A DNA stretch of 64,000 nucleotides from Acetatifactor sp. (GCA_050872885.1 JBNMHS010000005.1:2636-66635); one strand, 5' to 3'. Positions 1-9,670 are shown, counted from the stretch's first letter. The notes: a model not told the origin generated them from the sequence alone. A program made the numbers and translations.

Positions 1-1
1 G

Positions 2-1321
2 CTGCGCAAGGATGCCGATCCCGAGAACTTTGTAAATATGCTCTATAAGAAGACCCGTCTGGAGGATACCTTCGGTGTGAACATGCTGGCTATTGCAAAC
101 GGCAGACCGGAGACCATGGGCTTAAAGCAGATCATCAAGGCCAACGTAGACTTCCAGTTTGAAGTGGCTACCAGAAAATACACTAATCTGTTAGCCAAAG
201 AGCAGGAGCGCAAGGAGATCCAGGAAGGTCTGATCAAGGCCTGCAATGTGATCGACCTTGTCATTGAAATATTACGTGGCTCCAAGGACCGTGCCATGGC
301 AAAGGCCTGCCTCGTAGAAGGCAAGGTGGACGGCATCAAGTTCAAATCCAAAGAATCCAAGATCATGGCAGCCCAGCTGATGTTCACCGAAAAGCAGGCC
401 AATGCGATCTTGGAGATGCGCCTGTATAAATTGATCGGTCTGGAACTGGAAGCACTGATCAACGAGCACGAAGAGACCATGGCAAATATCTATCGCTACG
501 AAGATATCCTGGACCGCAGAGACTCCATGGCCCAGGTCATCATGAATGAACTGGACGGCTTCAAGAAGGAATACAGTCATCCCCGCAAGACGGTCATTGA
601 GAACGGACAGGAAGCGGTCTACAAGGAAAAAGAACCGGAAGAGATGGATGTGGTATTCCTCATGGACCGTTTCGGATATGCCAAGACTATAGATGTCTCT
701 ACCTATGAGCGGAATAAAGAAGCTGCAGATGCAGAGAATAAATACATCTTTACGTGTAAAAATACCGGAAGGATCTGCCTGTTTACCAATACCGGACAGA
801 TGCACACCATCAAAGTACTGGATCTGCCTTACGGCAAGTTCCGTGACAAGGGCACACCTATCGATAATGTCAGCAATTTCAGTCAGAAGACGGAAGAGAT
901 CGTCTATATCACCGGTCAGAAGGAACTGAACCTGTGTCAGGTGATCTTTGCTACCGCCCAGTCCATGCTGAAGGTGGTAGACGGCGGTGAATTCGACGTG
1001 ACCAAACGTACCGTTGCCGCTACCAAGCTGGCCGAAGGAGATCAGGTGGTCAGCGTCACGGCTCTGACAGACCAGCGTAATATCGTATTGCAGACAAAGG
1101 GTGGATTTTTCCTGCGCTTTGCAGTGGATGAGATCCCGGAGAAGAAGAAGGGTGCTATCGGTGTCCGCGGCATGAAGCTGGCCGAAGGAGATCAGGTGGA
1201 AAACGTATATTATACGAAAAATGCCGTAGAGACTGCCATCGAATATAAGGGCAAGGAGCTTATCCTGAACAATCTGAAGCTCGGCAAGCGTGACAGTAAG
1301 GGCACCAAAGTCAGAGTATAA
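2..1321 (+). CDS. Type IIA DNA topoisomerase subunit A (GyrA/ParC family), C-terminal part; the 5' end lies outside the window
   Basis: The frame is open from base 2, with no stop before the ORF-track Met at 38. A tower/coiled-coil segment (FTEKQANAILEMRLYKL) is followed by repeated beta-pinwheel blades, two of them LAEGDQV blades. I saw no GyrA box, so it looks ParC-like, but the paralog is not resolved. Confidence 0.8.
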   Translation: MRKDADPENFVNMLYKKTRLEDTFGVNMLAIANGRPETMGLKQIIKANVDFQFEVATRKYTNLLAKEQERKEIQEGLIKACNVIDLVIEILRGSKDRAMAKACLVEGKVDGIKFKSKESKIMAAQLMFTEKQANAILEMRLYKLIGLELEALINEHEETMANIYRYEDILDRRDSMAQVIMNELDGFKKEYSHPRKTVIENGQEAVYKEKEPEEMDVVFLMDRFGYAKTIDVSTYERNKEAADAENKYIFTCKNTGRICLFTNTGQMHTIKVLDLPYGKFRDKGTPIDNVSNFSQKTEEIVYITGQKELNLCQVIFATAQSMLKVVDGGEFDVTKRTVAATKLAEGDQVVSVTALTDQRNIVLQTKGGFFLRFAVDEIPEKKKGAIGVRGMKLAEGDQVENVYYTKNAVETAIEYKGKELILNNLKLGKRDSKGTKVRV

Positions 1322-1359
1322 AAAGTAAGCATTAAATAAGAAAACGGAGAGAAGATCAT

Positions 1360-1908
1360 ATGAGAGTCATAGCAGGAACCGCAAGAAGTCTGCCGTTAAA
1401 AACACCGGAAGGAATGGACACCAGACCTACCACCGACCGGATCAAGGAAACCCTTTTTAATATGCTGCAGACCTATATTCCCGATTGCGTATTTGTGGAT
1501 ATTTTCAGCGGAAGCGGCGGCATCGGCATCGAAGCCCTGAGCCGGGGAGCAAGGAAAGCATATTTTATCGAAAATGCACCGAAAGCCCTGGCATGCATAG
1601 AAGACAATCTGACATTTACGAAAATGAAAGACCGTGCTATAGTATTAAAACAGGATGCCTGCGCAGGACTTACGGGCATCTATGAAAAGCATGTGGACGT
1701 GGTCTTCATGGATCCCCCTTACGATCAGGAGCAGGAACGAAGAGTTTTGGAACAGCTTCGTTATGCAAAATATGTCTCCGAAGAGACACTGATCCTCGTA
1801 GAGGCATCTCTGCATACGGACTTTTCTTATGTGGAAGAGCTGGGATTTGAAGTGATCCGTGAAAAAAAATACAAAACAAATAAGCATGTGTTTCTTCGTA
1901 AAAAGTAA
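1360..1908 (+). CDS. rsmD: 16S rRNA (guanine966-N2)-methyltransferase RsmD
   Basis: 182 aa. Signatures: [19 protein letters not shown]-binding [16 protein letters not shown], and a DPPY motif. GGAGAG RBS. Sits directly upstream of coaD, as B. subtilis ylbH does. Confidence 0.9.
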   Translation: MRVIAGTARSLPLKTPEGMDTRPTTDRIKETLFNMLQTYIPDCVFVDIFSGSGGIGIEALSRGARKAYFIENAPKALACIEDNLTFTKMKDRAIVLKQDACAGLTGIYEKHVDVVFMDPPYDQEQERRVLEQLRYAKYVSEETLILVEASLHTDFSYVEELGFEVIREKKYKTNKHVFLRKK

Positions 1909-1949
1909 CACCGACGACGTCCAGAAGCGTCTGCGGAACGGAGGTTTTT

Positions 1950-2453
1950 ATGAAAAGAGCAGTTTACACAGGAAGCTTTGATCCCGTTACCAACGGTCAT
2001 ATGGATATCATACGACGGGCTGCCGAAATCTTTGATGTTTTAATCGTAAGTGTTTTGAATAATAAAGAAAAGACACCGTTGTTTTCTGTTGAGGAACGTG
2101 TTAAGATACTAGAAGAAGCAACGAAAGATCTGCCTAATGTCCGTATAGACAGTTTCAGCGGGCTTCTGGTAGACTATGCAAGGGAAAATGATCTTCATGT
2201 CATTGTCCGGGGCTTACGTGCCATTACGGATTTTGAATACGAATTGCAGATGGCACAGACCAACCGGATGCTTTCCCACGGAAAAATCGATACGGTATTT
2301 TTAACTACCAGTCTGGAATATGCTTATCTCAGTTCTTCTGCCATCAAGCAGATTGCCAGCTTTGACGGAGATATCACACCATGTGTTCCGGATTTTGTGG
2401 CAGAACTGATTTATGAAAAGTATCGTCAGAAAAAGCTGTCACACAATAGTTGA
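1950..2453 (+). CDS. coaD: Phosphopantetheine adenylyltransferase
   Basis: 167 aa. Nucleotidyltransferase motif [16 protein letters not shown] and a C-terminal SSSAIK motif. GGAGG RBS. Confidence 0.95.
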   Translation: MKRAVYTGSFDPVTNGHMDIIRRAAEIFDVLIVSVLNNKEKTPLFSVEERVKILEEATKDLPNVRIDSFSGLLVDYARENDLHVIVRGLRAITDFEYELQMAQTNRMLSHGKIDTVFLTTSLEYAYLSSSAIKQIASFDGDITPCVPDFVAELIYEKYRQKKLSHNS

Positions 2454-2474
2454 TGTGTAAATAAGGAGAGTTTC

Positions 2475-3074
2475 ATGAGCAGCAGAATCGAGCAGTTAAT
2501 TGATGAAATAGAAGAATATATCGAGAGTTGTAAGCCTAAGTTCATGTCCAGTACCGAGATCATCGTAAACAAGGATGAAATCGACGAACTGTTACGGGAA
2601 CTTCGCATGAAAACGCCTGATGAGATCAAACGTTATCAGAAGATCATCAGCAATAAAGAGGCCATTCTGAACGACGCCAAGGAAAAAGCACAGGCTCTGA
2701 TCAATGAAGCTACCGTTCATACGAATGAACTGATCAACGAACATGAGATCATGCAGCAGGCCTATGCACAGGCAAATGAAGTCGTTACCATGGCAAGCAA
2801 ACAGGCTCAGGAGATTCTTGATAACGCTACCATAGAGGCCAATAATGTAAAAGCAGCGGCTATGCAGTATATGGATGATATGCTGGCTCATCTTGAGAAT
2901 ATCATAGTATCCTCTACCCAGCAGGCCAGCGCCAATTATGACGCTTTGATCGGCAATCTGAATCAATACAGAGATATTATCCAGTCTAACCGCAGTGAAC
3001 TCCATCCGGTAGATGAAGATTTAGATGATGTGGAAGAAGCTTCCGACAGCAACAACGATCTGAATGTAATGTAA
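2475..3074 (+). CDS. Coiled-coil protein of unknown function (acidic C-terminus)
   Basis: 199 aa, with AAGGAG RBS. The sequence is heptad-rich and Glu/Gln/Ala-rich, with no TM segment and no catalytic motif I recognise. A clean terminator follows it. Confidence 0.6.
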   Translation: MSSRIEQLIDEIEEYIESCKPKFMSSTEIIVNKDEIDELLRELRMKTPDEIKRYQKIISNKEAILNDAKEKAQALINEATVHTNELINEHEIMQQAYAQANEVVTMASKQAQEILDNATIEANNVKAAAMQYMDDMLAHLENIIVSSTQQASANYDALIGNLNQYRDIIQSNRSELHPVDEDLDDVEEASDSNNDLNVM

Positions 3075-3078
3075 CAAT

Positions 3079-3112
3079 AAAAACCAGTTTTCTGCTGAAA
3101 GCTGGTTTTTTA
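3079..3112 (+). terminator. Rho-independent terminator after the coiled-coil gene
   Basis: Stem AAACCAGTTTT / AAAGCTGGTTT (3081-3091 / 3098-3108) followed by a T-run. Confidence 0.7.
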
Positions 3113-3132
3113 AAAATAAGGAATCCGATAAA

Positions 3133-4554
3133 ATGAAAGTTATGAAAATGCAAAAAGGGCTGTTAGTCAGGACAATGATCTGTGCGGTCAGTCTTGCGGC
3201 AGTCTGTTTTTTTGATCACTCTCTGAAAGCCCAGGCAGCTCCCAGAGCCCAGGAAACCGGAGAGCGCGTTACTATTGTTATTGATCCGGGACATGGCGGA
3301 GATAACGAAGGCACTCTGGAAGGACCTGCGCAGGAAAAGAAAATGACTATGGTAACGGCCATGGCAATGTATGAAGAATTAATAAAATATGACAATGTGG
3401 ATGTCTACCTGACACATACAGAGGATGTATCGATGTCTCTGGCTGACCGTGCGGAATATGCGGCGGAACATAATGCGGATTTCCTGTTCAGTATTCATTA
3501 CAATGCATCCGCCGATCATAAACTTTTCGGCTCGGAAACATGGATCTCCTCAGTCCAGCCCTACAACGCATACGGTTATCAGTTCGGCTGGGAGCAGATG
3601 CAGCAGATGCAGGATATGGGACTGTTTCTGCGGGGAGTCAAGACAAAACTCAATGATTCCGGAGATGATTATTACGGAATCATCAGAGAATGTACTGTAA
3701 GGTCCGTACCCTCCACGATCATTGAACATTGTCATGTAGATGAGACGAGAGATATTCCTTATTGTCAGACGGAAGAAGACTGGAAAGCTTTTGGCAGAGC
3801 AGATGCTTTGTCTGTAGCAAAATATTTCGGATTGTCCAGTACCTCTCTGGGTGTCGATTACAGTAAAGAGGCGGATGATCTGCCGGAAGTCTCATTGCAA
3901 TCCATTCTCCCTGTCACTGTAAGGGATAAAACAGAACCGGATATCTGCCTTTTATCATTAAAAGACGCAGACTATGACACCGGAGAAGTTACTCTGGAAG
4001 TGACAGCAACGGACTACGATTGTCCGATGATGTATTATGATTACAGCACAGACGGCGGGAAAACCTATTCGGAACTGATTCCCTGGCCGGAACTGGATAT
4101 CATGGCCGGAACCTACGCCGACACTTTTACCTTTTCCGTAACTTTTACAAAGGGAGAACAGCCGGTGATCACCGTCCGTGGTTATAACCAGGCAGACCTG
4201 TTCACAGAGAGCGAACCGGTCACCTTTACACAGCCCTTTATCGATCAGGAAAAGGCTGCGGAGGCATCCCCGGACTCCGAACAAGAGACAGGGGCAACCG
4301 CTGAAGCTTCAGAAACCGCAGAAGCAACTGCCTCCGTCATCACCATGGCAGATACCGCCGGTAAGGTAAAGACATCTGACGAAGAAAAAAAAGAAGTTAA
4401 CTTTGGTGTTTTTCTGATCATCTGCGTTATTCTGGTTGTAATGTTTTTGATCGTCTTTTTGCTGTATCAGATGCAGCAGAGCAGACACCGGAAGCGCAGA
4501 CGTAAGAATCACAGCAGAAACGTCTCCGGAGACAGCAGAAACCATCCGAGATAA
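3133..4554 (+). CDS. N-acetylmuramoyl-L-alanine amidase (Amidase_3 family) with signal peptide, Ig-like middle region, low-complexity linker and C-terminal TM anchor
   Basis: 473 aa. N-terminal hydrophobic signal. Zn-amidase motifs IDPGHGGDNEGT, FSIHYNAS and IEHCHVDE. C-terminal segment FGVFLIICVILVVMFLIVFLLY followed by a basic tail. Confidence 0.85.
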   Translation: MKVMKMQKGLLVRTMICAVSLAAVCFFDHSLKAQAAPRAQETGERVTIVIDPGHGGDNEGTLEGPAQEKKMTMVTAMAMYEELIKYDNVDVYLTHTEDVSMSLADRAEYAAEHNADFLFSIHYNASADHKLFGSETWISSVQPYNAYGYQFGWEQMQQMQDMGLFLRGVKTKLNDSGDDYYGIIRECTVRSVPSTIIEHCHVDETRDIPYCQTEEDWKAFGRADALSVAKYFGLSSTSLGVDYSKEADDLPEVSLQSILPVTVRDKTEPDICLLSLKDADYDTGEVTLEVTATDYDCPMMYYDYSTDGGKTYSELIPWPELDIMAGTYADTFTFSVTFTKGEQPVITVRGYNQADLFTESEPVTFTQPFIDQEKAAEASPDSEQETGATAEASETAEATASVITMADTAGKVKTSDEEKKEVNFGVFLIICVILVVMFLIVFLLYQMQQSRHRKRRRKNHSRNVSGDSRNHPR

Positions 4555-5438
4555 TAGATTCCCGTAAGTATTGTCAGGATCACTTTATCGATAATATATT
4601 TCTTCAGGGACAGACCGGTATCGCGGATACAGCTGCCGGTCTGCGCAATACAGCACAGACCGCCGACAGGCAGAAGCAATAAAGTATATATCGGACAGCG
4701 GTCACCCAGAAGTTTCAGCCCACCGCTGATCTCCAATAACGGTGCATATCTGTAGCTGTTATGCAGAAAAAGTCCCGGCAGGAGATTGAGCAGGTTGAAA
4801 AAGATCATATAGCCTCCAAGCTGCAGGATGTTTCTGCCGGAACCGTTCACTGCATCATCCAGTGCATCCGCTAAGGACATGGAATGAGCCGTTTCGCAGA
4901 AGAAACCGGTGCCTCCGGAAATATGGTCATGAAAAACCGTATAACGCAGGAACAAGCCGTATATAAGCGGGATGCCGTACATACCGATGAGATATGGCAA
5001 TATCAGCTTTCTGTGTAAAAGCGGCAGCACAAAACTTACAAAATAAACAGGCCCCAGGTTGTTGCAAAAGGCAAGTAAATATTGCCCTTCCCATACAGAG
5101 AGCTCCTGTCTGTTCCGGAAATCCGCAATGGTTCTCGCACCCATGGGGAAGCCGCACAGGAATCCCATTAAAATAACATAAACAGCCTGCTCGGACAGAC
5201 GAAAAAATCTTTCGAAAAAAGGTCTTACCGGACAAAGCAGCACGGGAACAAGTCCCATGCGGATCAGTGTCCCCGACAAGATCATAAACGGAAGAAGTAC
5301 CGGCACCATCTTTTCATACCATAATTGAAGGCCTAATGCCGCATAAGCAAGGCTTTGTGCCGAATGGGTCAGGATGCAGACAATCATTATGAGAAAGAAA
5401 ACGGTTCCGGCAGTTTTTTTCATGATTTGCATCCTCAA
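4509..5438 (-). CDS. ylbJ: YlbJ-family integral membrane protein (nucleoside-recognition/Gate domains; sporulation-associated in Bacillus)
   Basis: 309 aa and polytopic. GLQLWYEKMVPVLLPFMILSG resembles the YlbJ N-terminus. It shares the rsmD-coaD neighbourhood with B. subtilis ylbH-ylbI-ylbJ. The track start at 5438 is TTG; ATG alternatives lie at 5432 and 5423. Confidence 0.72.
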   Translation of the reverse strand: MRMQIMKKTAGTVFFLIMIVCILTHSAQSLAYAALGLQLWYEKMVPVLLPFMILSGTLIRMGLVPVLLCPVRPFFERFFRLSEQAVYVILMGFLCGFPMGARTIADFRNRQELSVWEGQYLLAFCNNLGPVYFVSFVLPLLHRKLILPYLIGMYGIPLIYGLFLRYTVFHDHISGGTGFFCETAHSMSLADALDDAVNGSGRNILQLGGYMIFFNLLNLLPGLFLHNSYRYAPLLEISGGLKLLGDRCPIYTLLLLPVGGLCCIAQTGSCIRDTGLSLKKYIIDKVILTILTGIYYLGWFLLSPETFLL

Positions 5439-5492
5439 AGAGTTTGTATACTATATGCCCCAAAATAAAAATTAAGTCTTAGGAAAGAAAAA

Positions 5493-6209
5493 ATGCGTTT
5501 GGACAAATTTTTATGTGACCAGAATATCGGTACACGCAGTCAGGTGAAAGATTATATCAAAAAAGGCCTTGTGAGCGTCAATGACCTGACTGCCAAAAAA
5601 CCGGATGTAAAAGTTAATGAAGAAACAGATATTGTTGCCTTTCAGGGACGGGAACTGCATTATCGAAAATATACTTACTATATGCTGAATAAACCGAAAG
5701 ACGTGGTCTCTGCGACCAATGACAATACCGCGCCCACGGTAATCAGTCTCCTTGCGGTACCGGAGCAGAAATCCCTCTTTCCGGTAGGACGTCTGGACAA
5801 GGACACCACCGGATTATTATTGTTGACCAATGACGGAACGCTGGCGCATGATCTGCTGTCTCCTAAAAAGCATGTGGATAAAACCTATCGGGTAAAAACA
5901 AAAAATAAGCTTTCCGCTTCTGATCTGCAACGTCTGGAGAACGGGCTGGATATCGGGGATGAAAAGCCTACCGCATCGGCAACGGCTGAGATTTCAAAAA
6001 GCGGTGACCTTCTGCTCACCATACACGAGGGCCGATTCCATCAGGTAAAACGTATGCTTCAGGCAATAGAAAATCAAGTTTTGGAGCTTGAGCGAATCCG
6101 CTTTGGCCCGGTCAGCCTGGATAATACTTTATCCCGCGGAGAGTACCGTCTGCTGACAGACGCCGAGATCACTGCATTATATGAATTACAGAACAAGACG
6201 AAGGAGTAA
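5493..6209 (+). CDS. RsuA/RluB-family pseudouridine synthase with N-terminal S4 domain
   Basis: 238 aa. MRLDKFL S4 start, catalytic GRLDKDTTGLLLLTNDG, and FHQVKRM motif. Confidence 0.87.
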   Translation: MRLDKFLCDQNIGTRSQVKDYIKKGLVSVNDLTAKKPDVKVNEETDIVAFQGRELHYRKYTYYMLNKPKDVVSATNDNTAPTVISLLAVPEQKSLFPVGRLDKDTTGLLLLTNDGTLAHDLLSPKKHVDKTYRVKTKNKLSASDLQRLENGLDIGDEKPTASATAEISKSGDLLLTIHEGRFHQVKRMLQAIENQVLELERIRFGPVSLDNTLSRGEYRLLTDAEITALYELQNKTKE

Positions 6210-6216
6210 ATGCAAT

Positions 6217-6801
6217 ATGCAATTAAAAAGAATGTTTTCGACAGATTCTTTCAAAGGAACCAGAAACTATCTTCACACGCAGAAAAGATATGAGATTTTA
6301 CGTACCGTGCTTTATTTTATCATTTCCCTGTCCCTGTTTATCGCAGGCTGGGTGAGTACCGGAAGCAGAGAAAATCTTCTTACGATCGTGGCTGTACTGG
6401 GATGTCTGCCGGCATGTAAAAGTCTGGTAGAAATGATCATGTTTTTGCGTTACCGCGGATGTGATGAAAAAGAGGCAGCGCAAATTGCGGCCCATACCGG
6501 GGGACTTACCGGGCTCTATGATATGGTATTCACTTCTTATGAAAAGAATTATTGTATCCATCATCTGACGATCTGCGGCAATACGGTCTGCGGATACACC
6601 GGTGATCCTAAGTTTGCAGAGCAGCCCTTTTATAAACATATTCAGGATATCTTAAAAAAAGATAACTACAGAGAAGTGTCGGTTAAGATATTCAATGATC
6701 TGGATAAATATCTGACGAGATGTGATCAGTTAAAAGAGCTTCCCGCGCAGCCGGAACTCACGGTCGGCATCTGTCAGACCTTGAAAAGCGTAGCTCTGTA
6801 A
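6217..6801 (+). CDS. Hypothetical membrane protein (two TM helices plus a Cys/His-rich cytoplasmic domain)
   Basis: ATG at 6217 lies 10 nt after AAGGAG (6201-6206). The track start at 6181 would overlap the upstream gene and has no RBS. TM segments VLYFIISLSLFIAGWV and LLTIVAVLGCLPAC. I recognised no family. Confidence 0.55.
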   Translation: MQLKRMFSTDSFKGTRNYLHTQKRYEILRTVLYFIISLSLFIAGWVSTGSRENLLTIVAVLGCLPACKSLVEMIMFLRYRGCDEKEAAQIAAHTGGLTGLYDMVFTSYEKNYCIHHLTICGNTVCGYTGDPKFAEQPFYKHIQDILKKDNYREVSVKIFNDLDKYLTRCDQLKELPAQPELTVGICQTLKSVAL

Positions 6802-6820
6802 GGAAAGGTGTGGGGATTGT

Positions 6821-7843
6821 ATGCAGGTACTTACCATCGGTAAAAACCAGGCCGGTCAAAGACTGGACAAATTTCTGAAAAAGGCGCTGCCTAACGCAGG
6901 AACCGGATTCCTGTATAAAATGCTGCGCAAGAAAAATATAACCTTGAACGGAAAAAAAGCAGAAGGGAAGGAACTTCTGGAAGAGGGCGATGAGATCAAA
7001 TGTTTTTTCGCCGAAGAAACCTATGCTTCCCTTTGCGGACAACAGACTTCAGAAGATATATCCGGCTATAAAAAAGCTTATGATCGTCTGAAGGGTATCA
7101 GTGTGATTTATGAAGATAACGATATTCTTCTGTTGAATAAACCGGCCGGAATTCTTTCCCAGAAGGCAAAGCCGGAAGATCTCTCCCTGAACGAATGGCT
7201 GATCGGACATCTGTTAAAAACAAATGCGATCACAGAATCCGATCTGTCAACGTTCCATCCATCCGTATGTAACCGCCTGGATCGCAATACCAGTGGAATC
7301 GTTTTATGCGGGAAAACCCTTGCCGGATCCCAGGCTCTCGGACAGATCATCAAAGACCGGTCTGTAAAAAAATACTATCAGACCATCTGCAAAGGAAAGA
7401 TCCTTCGGGAGAGTACACTGGAAGGTTATCTGGTCAAAGATGAAAAGACCAATACCGTCAGTGTCTTTCCGCAAAAGCCCCAGTCCCCGGAAGAAGCCTC
7501 TTATATTCGCACGATTTATACACCCATGGCCGTTTCGGGAGAATATACGCTGCTGTCTGTGGAACTGGTTACCGGCAAGACACACCAGATCCGCGCACAC
7601 CTTGCAAGTACGGGACATCCTCTCATCGGTGACACCAAATACGGAGACCTGAAACTAAACCGTAAAATGCAGACAGACTTCTCACTGCATCATCAGTTGT
7701 TACATTCCGGCAGAGTATGTTTCCCTGAACGTAAAGAGGGGCCTTTGGCAAAGGTCAGCGGCAAAACCTTTACGGCACCGCTTCCGCATAAATTTGCCGG
7801 GATCCTGCAGGCTCTTAATCTGACACCGGACAGTGCCTGCTAG
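6821..7843 (+). CDS. RluA-family pseudouridine synthase (S4 domain plus catalytic domain)
   Basis: 340 aa. Motifs: VCNRLDRNTSGIVLCGK (catalytic Asp) and HQIRAHLASTGHPLIGDTKYG. Confidence 0.87.
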   Translation: MQVLTIGKNQAGQRLDKFLKKALPNAGTGFLYKMLRKKNITLNGKKAEGKELLEEGDEIKCFFAEETYASLCGQQTSEDISGYKKAYDRLKGISVIYEDNDILLLNKPAGILSQKAKPEDLSLNEWLIGHLLKTNAITESDLSTFHPSVCNRLDRNTSGIVLCGKTLAGSQALGQIIKDRSVKKYYQTICKGKILRESTLEGYLVKDEKTNTVSVFPQKPQSPEEASYIRTIYTPMAVSGEYTLLSVELVTGKTHQIRAHLASTGHPLIGDTKYGDLKLNRKMQTDFSLHHQLLHSGRVCFPERKEGPLAKVSGKTFTAPLPHKFAGILQALNLTPDSAC

Positions 7844-7860
7844 AAAGGAAGAATATCACG

Positions 7861-8397
7861 ATGGCAACCTGGAATACCCGGGGGCTTCGCGGATCCACAT
7901 TAGAAGACATGGTCAACCGCACCAATGAAAAATATGCGGAAGCCGGTCTTGCGCTGATCCAGAAGATCCCTACCCCTATAACTCCGGTAAAAATGGATAA
8001 AGAAAGCAGACAGATCACACTTGCTTTTTTTGAGCAGAAGAGTACTGTGGACTATATCGGCGCTGTGCAGGGGATTCCTGTCTGCTTTGACGCAAAAGAA
8101 TGTGCTGTAGATACGTTCTCCCTGCAGAACATTCATCCACATCAGGTCGAATTTATGCGTCAGTTTGAGAAACAGGGCGGAATTGCTTTCTTCCTGATCT
8201 TTTACAGTCACAAGGATCTGCTATATTACCTGCCTTATGAAATGCTCCGTTTTTTCTGGGACAGAGCTCAGGAGGGCGGAAGAAAAAGCTTTCGTTTTGA
8301 AGAATTGAACCCGGAATATATTATCCCGAAACATCAGGGGATCCTGGTTCCTTACCTGGATATTCTGAAAAAGGATCTGGAAGACCGGGAAGATTAA
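7861..8397 (+). CDS. recU: Holliday junction resolvase RecU
   Basis: 178 aa. NRGLRGSTLEDMVNRTNEKY...IQKIPTPITPV...STVDYIGAVQGIPVCFDAKE matches the RecU pattern as I remember it from B. subtilis. Confidence 0.9.
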   Translation: MATWNTRGLRGSTLEDMVNRTNEKYAEAGLALIQKIPTPITPVKMDKESRQITLAFFEQKSTVDYIGAVQGIPVCFDAKECAVDTFSLQNIHPHQVEFMRQFEKQGGIAFFLIFYSHKDLLYYLPYEMLRFFWDRAQEGGRKSFRFEELNPEYIIPKHQGILVPYLDILKKDLEDRED

Positions 8398-8419
8398 ACG
8401 GTCGGGGATGTTTTTTACC

Positions 8420-8448
8420 TTGACAGCAGAGAGGTCACCTAGTATACT
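8420..8448 (+). promoter_or_regulatory. Sigma-A type promoter of the his operon
   Basis: TTGACA (8420-8425), 17-nt spacer, TATACT (8443-8448), about 75 nt upstream of hisZ. A small hairpin, TACCAT-N6-ATGGTA, sits at 8467-8484 in the leader. Confidence 0.6.
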
Positions 8449-8524
8449 ACAAATAGTTTCACATATTACCATGATAATATGGTAGCACGTTAATACATTA
8501 AAGTATACAGATTGAGGAAAACAT

Positions 8525-9670
8525 ATGAACAACAAACTTTTGCATACACCGGAAGGAGTCCGGGATATTTATGGTAAGGAATATGCCAGAAAGCTGGCAG
8601 TGGAACAGAAATTACAAAAGGCGATCCATTGCTTCGGATATGAGGATATCCAGACACCTTCCATAGAATTTTTCGATGTCTTTTCCAAAGAGATCGGAAC
8701 CACTCCCAGTAAGGAACTGTACAAATTTTTTGACAAAGAAGGAAATACGCTGGTACTTCGTCCGGACTTTACACCGTCCATCGCCCGCTGTGCCGCAAAA
8801 TATTTTATGGAAGAAAAACTGCCTTTGCGTTTCAGCTATAATGGCAACACCTTCACGAACACTTCCAATCTGCAGGGGAAACTGAAAGAAGTAACCCAGA
8901 TGGGTGCCGAGCTCATCGGTGACCCTTCCGTAGAGGCGGATGCCGAAGTGATCAGTATGGTGATCGAAGCGCTGAAGAGTGCCGGTCTGACCAGATTTCA
9001 GGTAACGATCGGAGAAGTGGATTATTTCCGCGGTCTCTGTGAAGAAGCCGGTCTGGATGAAGATACGGAAAAAGAATTGAGATCCTGTATCTCCGGCAAG
9101 AACTTCTTCGCTGCACAGGAATTATTGGAGCAAAAGCAGATTCCGGAACCTTATCACAGCATTTTATTAAAGCTGGCTGATATGTTCGAAAATATAGAAT
9201 CTTTGGAGGATGCCAAGGCACTGGTAAAAAATGATCGTTCATTACAGGCGATCATGCGTCTGGAAAAGCTACAGAAACGTCTGGAGCAGTATGGTGTTGC
9301 GGAGTATATTTCCTTTGACCTCGGAATGCTCAGCAAATATCAATATTATACCGGTGTTGTTTTCAAAGCCTATACCTATGGTATCGGCGATGCTGTGGTA
9401 AAGGGCGGTCGCTATGACAACCTTCTTGGGAAGTTCGGCAAGGATGCGGCAGCTATCGGTTTCGTCATCGTCATTGATGATCTGCTGGAAGCGTTGTCAC
9501 GCCAGAAAGTAGACATCGACATTCCCGCTCCCGGCAAAGTATTGTATTATCATGCAGGAGATGAGACGGATTACCTGACAAAGCTGGCTGAAGCCGCGAA
9601 ATTACGAAAGGAAGGCATCCCTATCGTACTTTCTCCCGCGGACACTGAGAACGAGGAGGCAAAGCAGTAA
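8525..9670 (+). CDS. hisZ: ATP phosphoribosyltransferase regulatory subunit HisZ (HisRS paralog)
   Basis: 381 aa. A class II aaRS-like core (LLHTPEGVRDIYG...LRPDFTPSIAR) with no anticodon-binding domain. Sits directly upstream of a short-form hisG. Confidence 0.9.
   Translation: MNNKLLHTPEGVRDIYGKEYARKLAVEQKLQKAIHCFGYEDIQTPSIEFFDVFSKEIGTTPSKELYKFFDKEGNTLVLRPDFTPSIARCAAKYFMEEKLPLRFSYNGNTFTNTSNLQGKLKEVTQMGAELIGDPSVEADAEVISMVIEALKSAGLTRFQVTIGEVDYFRGLCEEAGLDEDTEKELRSCISGKNFFAAQELLEQKQIPEPYHSILLKLADMFENIESLEDAKALVKNDRSLQAIMRLEKLQKRLEQYGVAEYISFDLGMLSKYQYYTGVVFKAYTYGIGDAVVKGGRYDNLLGKFGKDAAAIGFVIVIDDLLEALSRQKVDIDIPAPGKVLYYHAGDETDYLTKLAEAAKLRKEGIPIVLSPADTENEEAKQ

Noticed and set aside
1025-1199. An exact 25-nt direct repeat, AAGCTGGCCGAAGGAGATCAGGTGG, at 1025-1049 and 1175-1199.
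   Set aside because: The copies lie exactly 150 nt (50 codons) apart within the topoisomerase C-terminal domain and encode the same KLAEGDQV strand of two successive beta-pinwheel blades. This is an internal domain repeat, possibly homogenised by gene conversion, and not a separate element.
8449-8524. A T-box riboswitch or leader-peptide attenuator in front of hisZ.
   Set aside because: The leader from the predicted TSS to the start codon is only about 75 nt. It contains one 6-bp hairpin, no specifier or T-box sequence, no His-codon-rich mini-ORF and no terminator.
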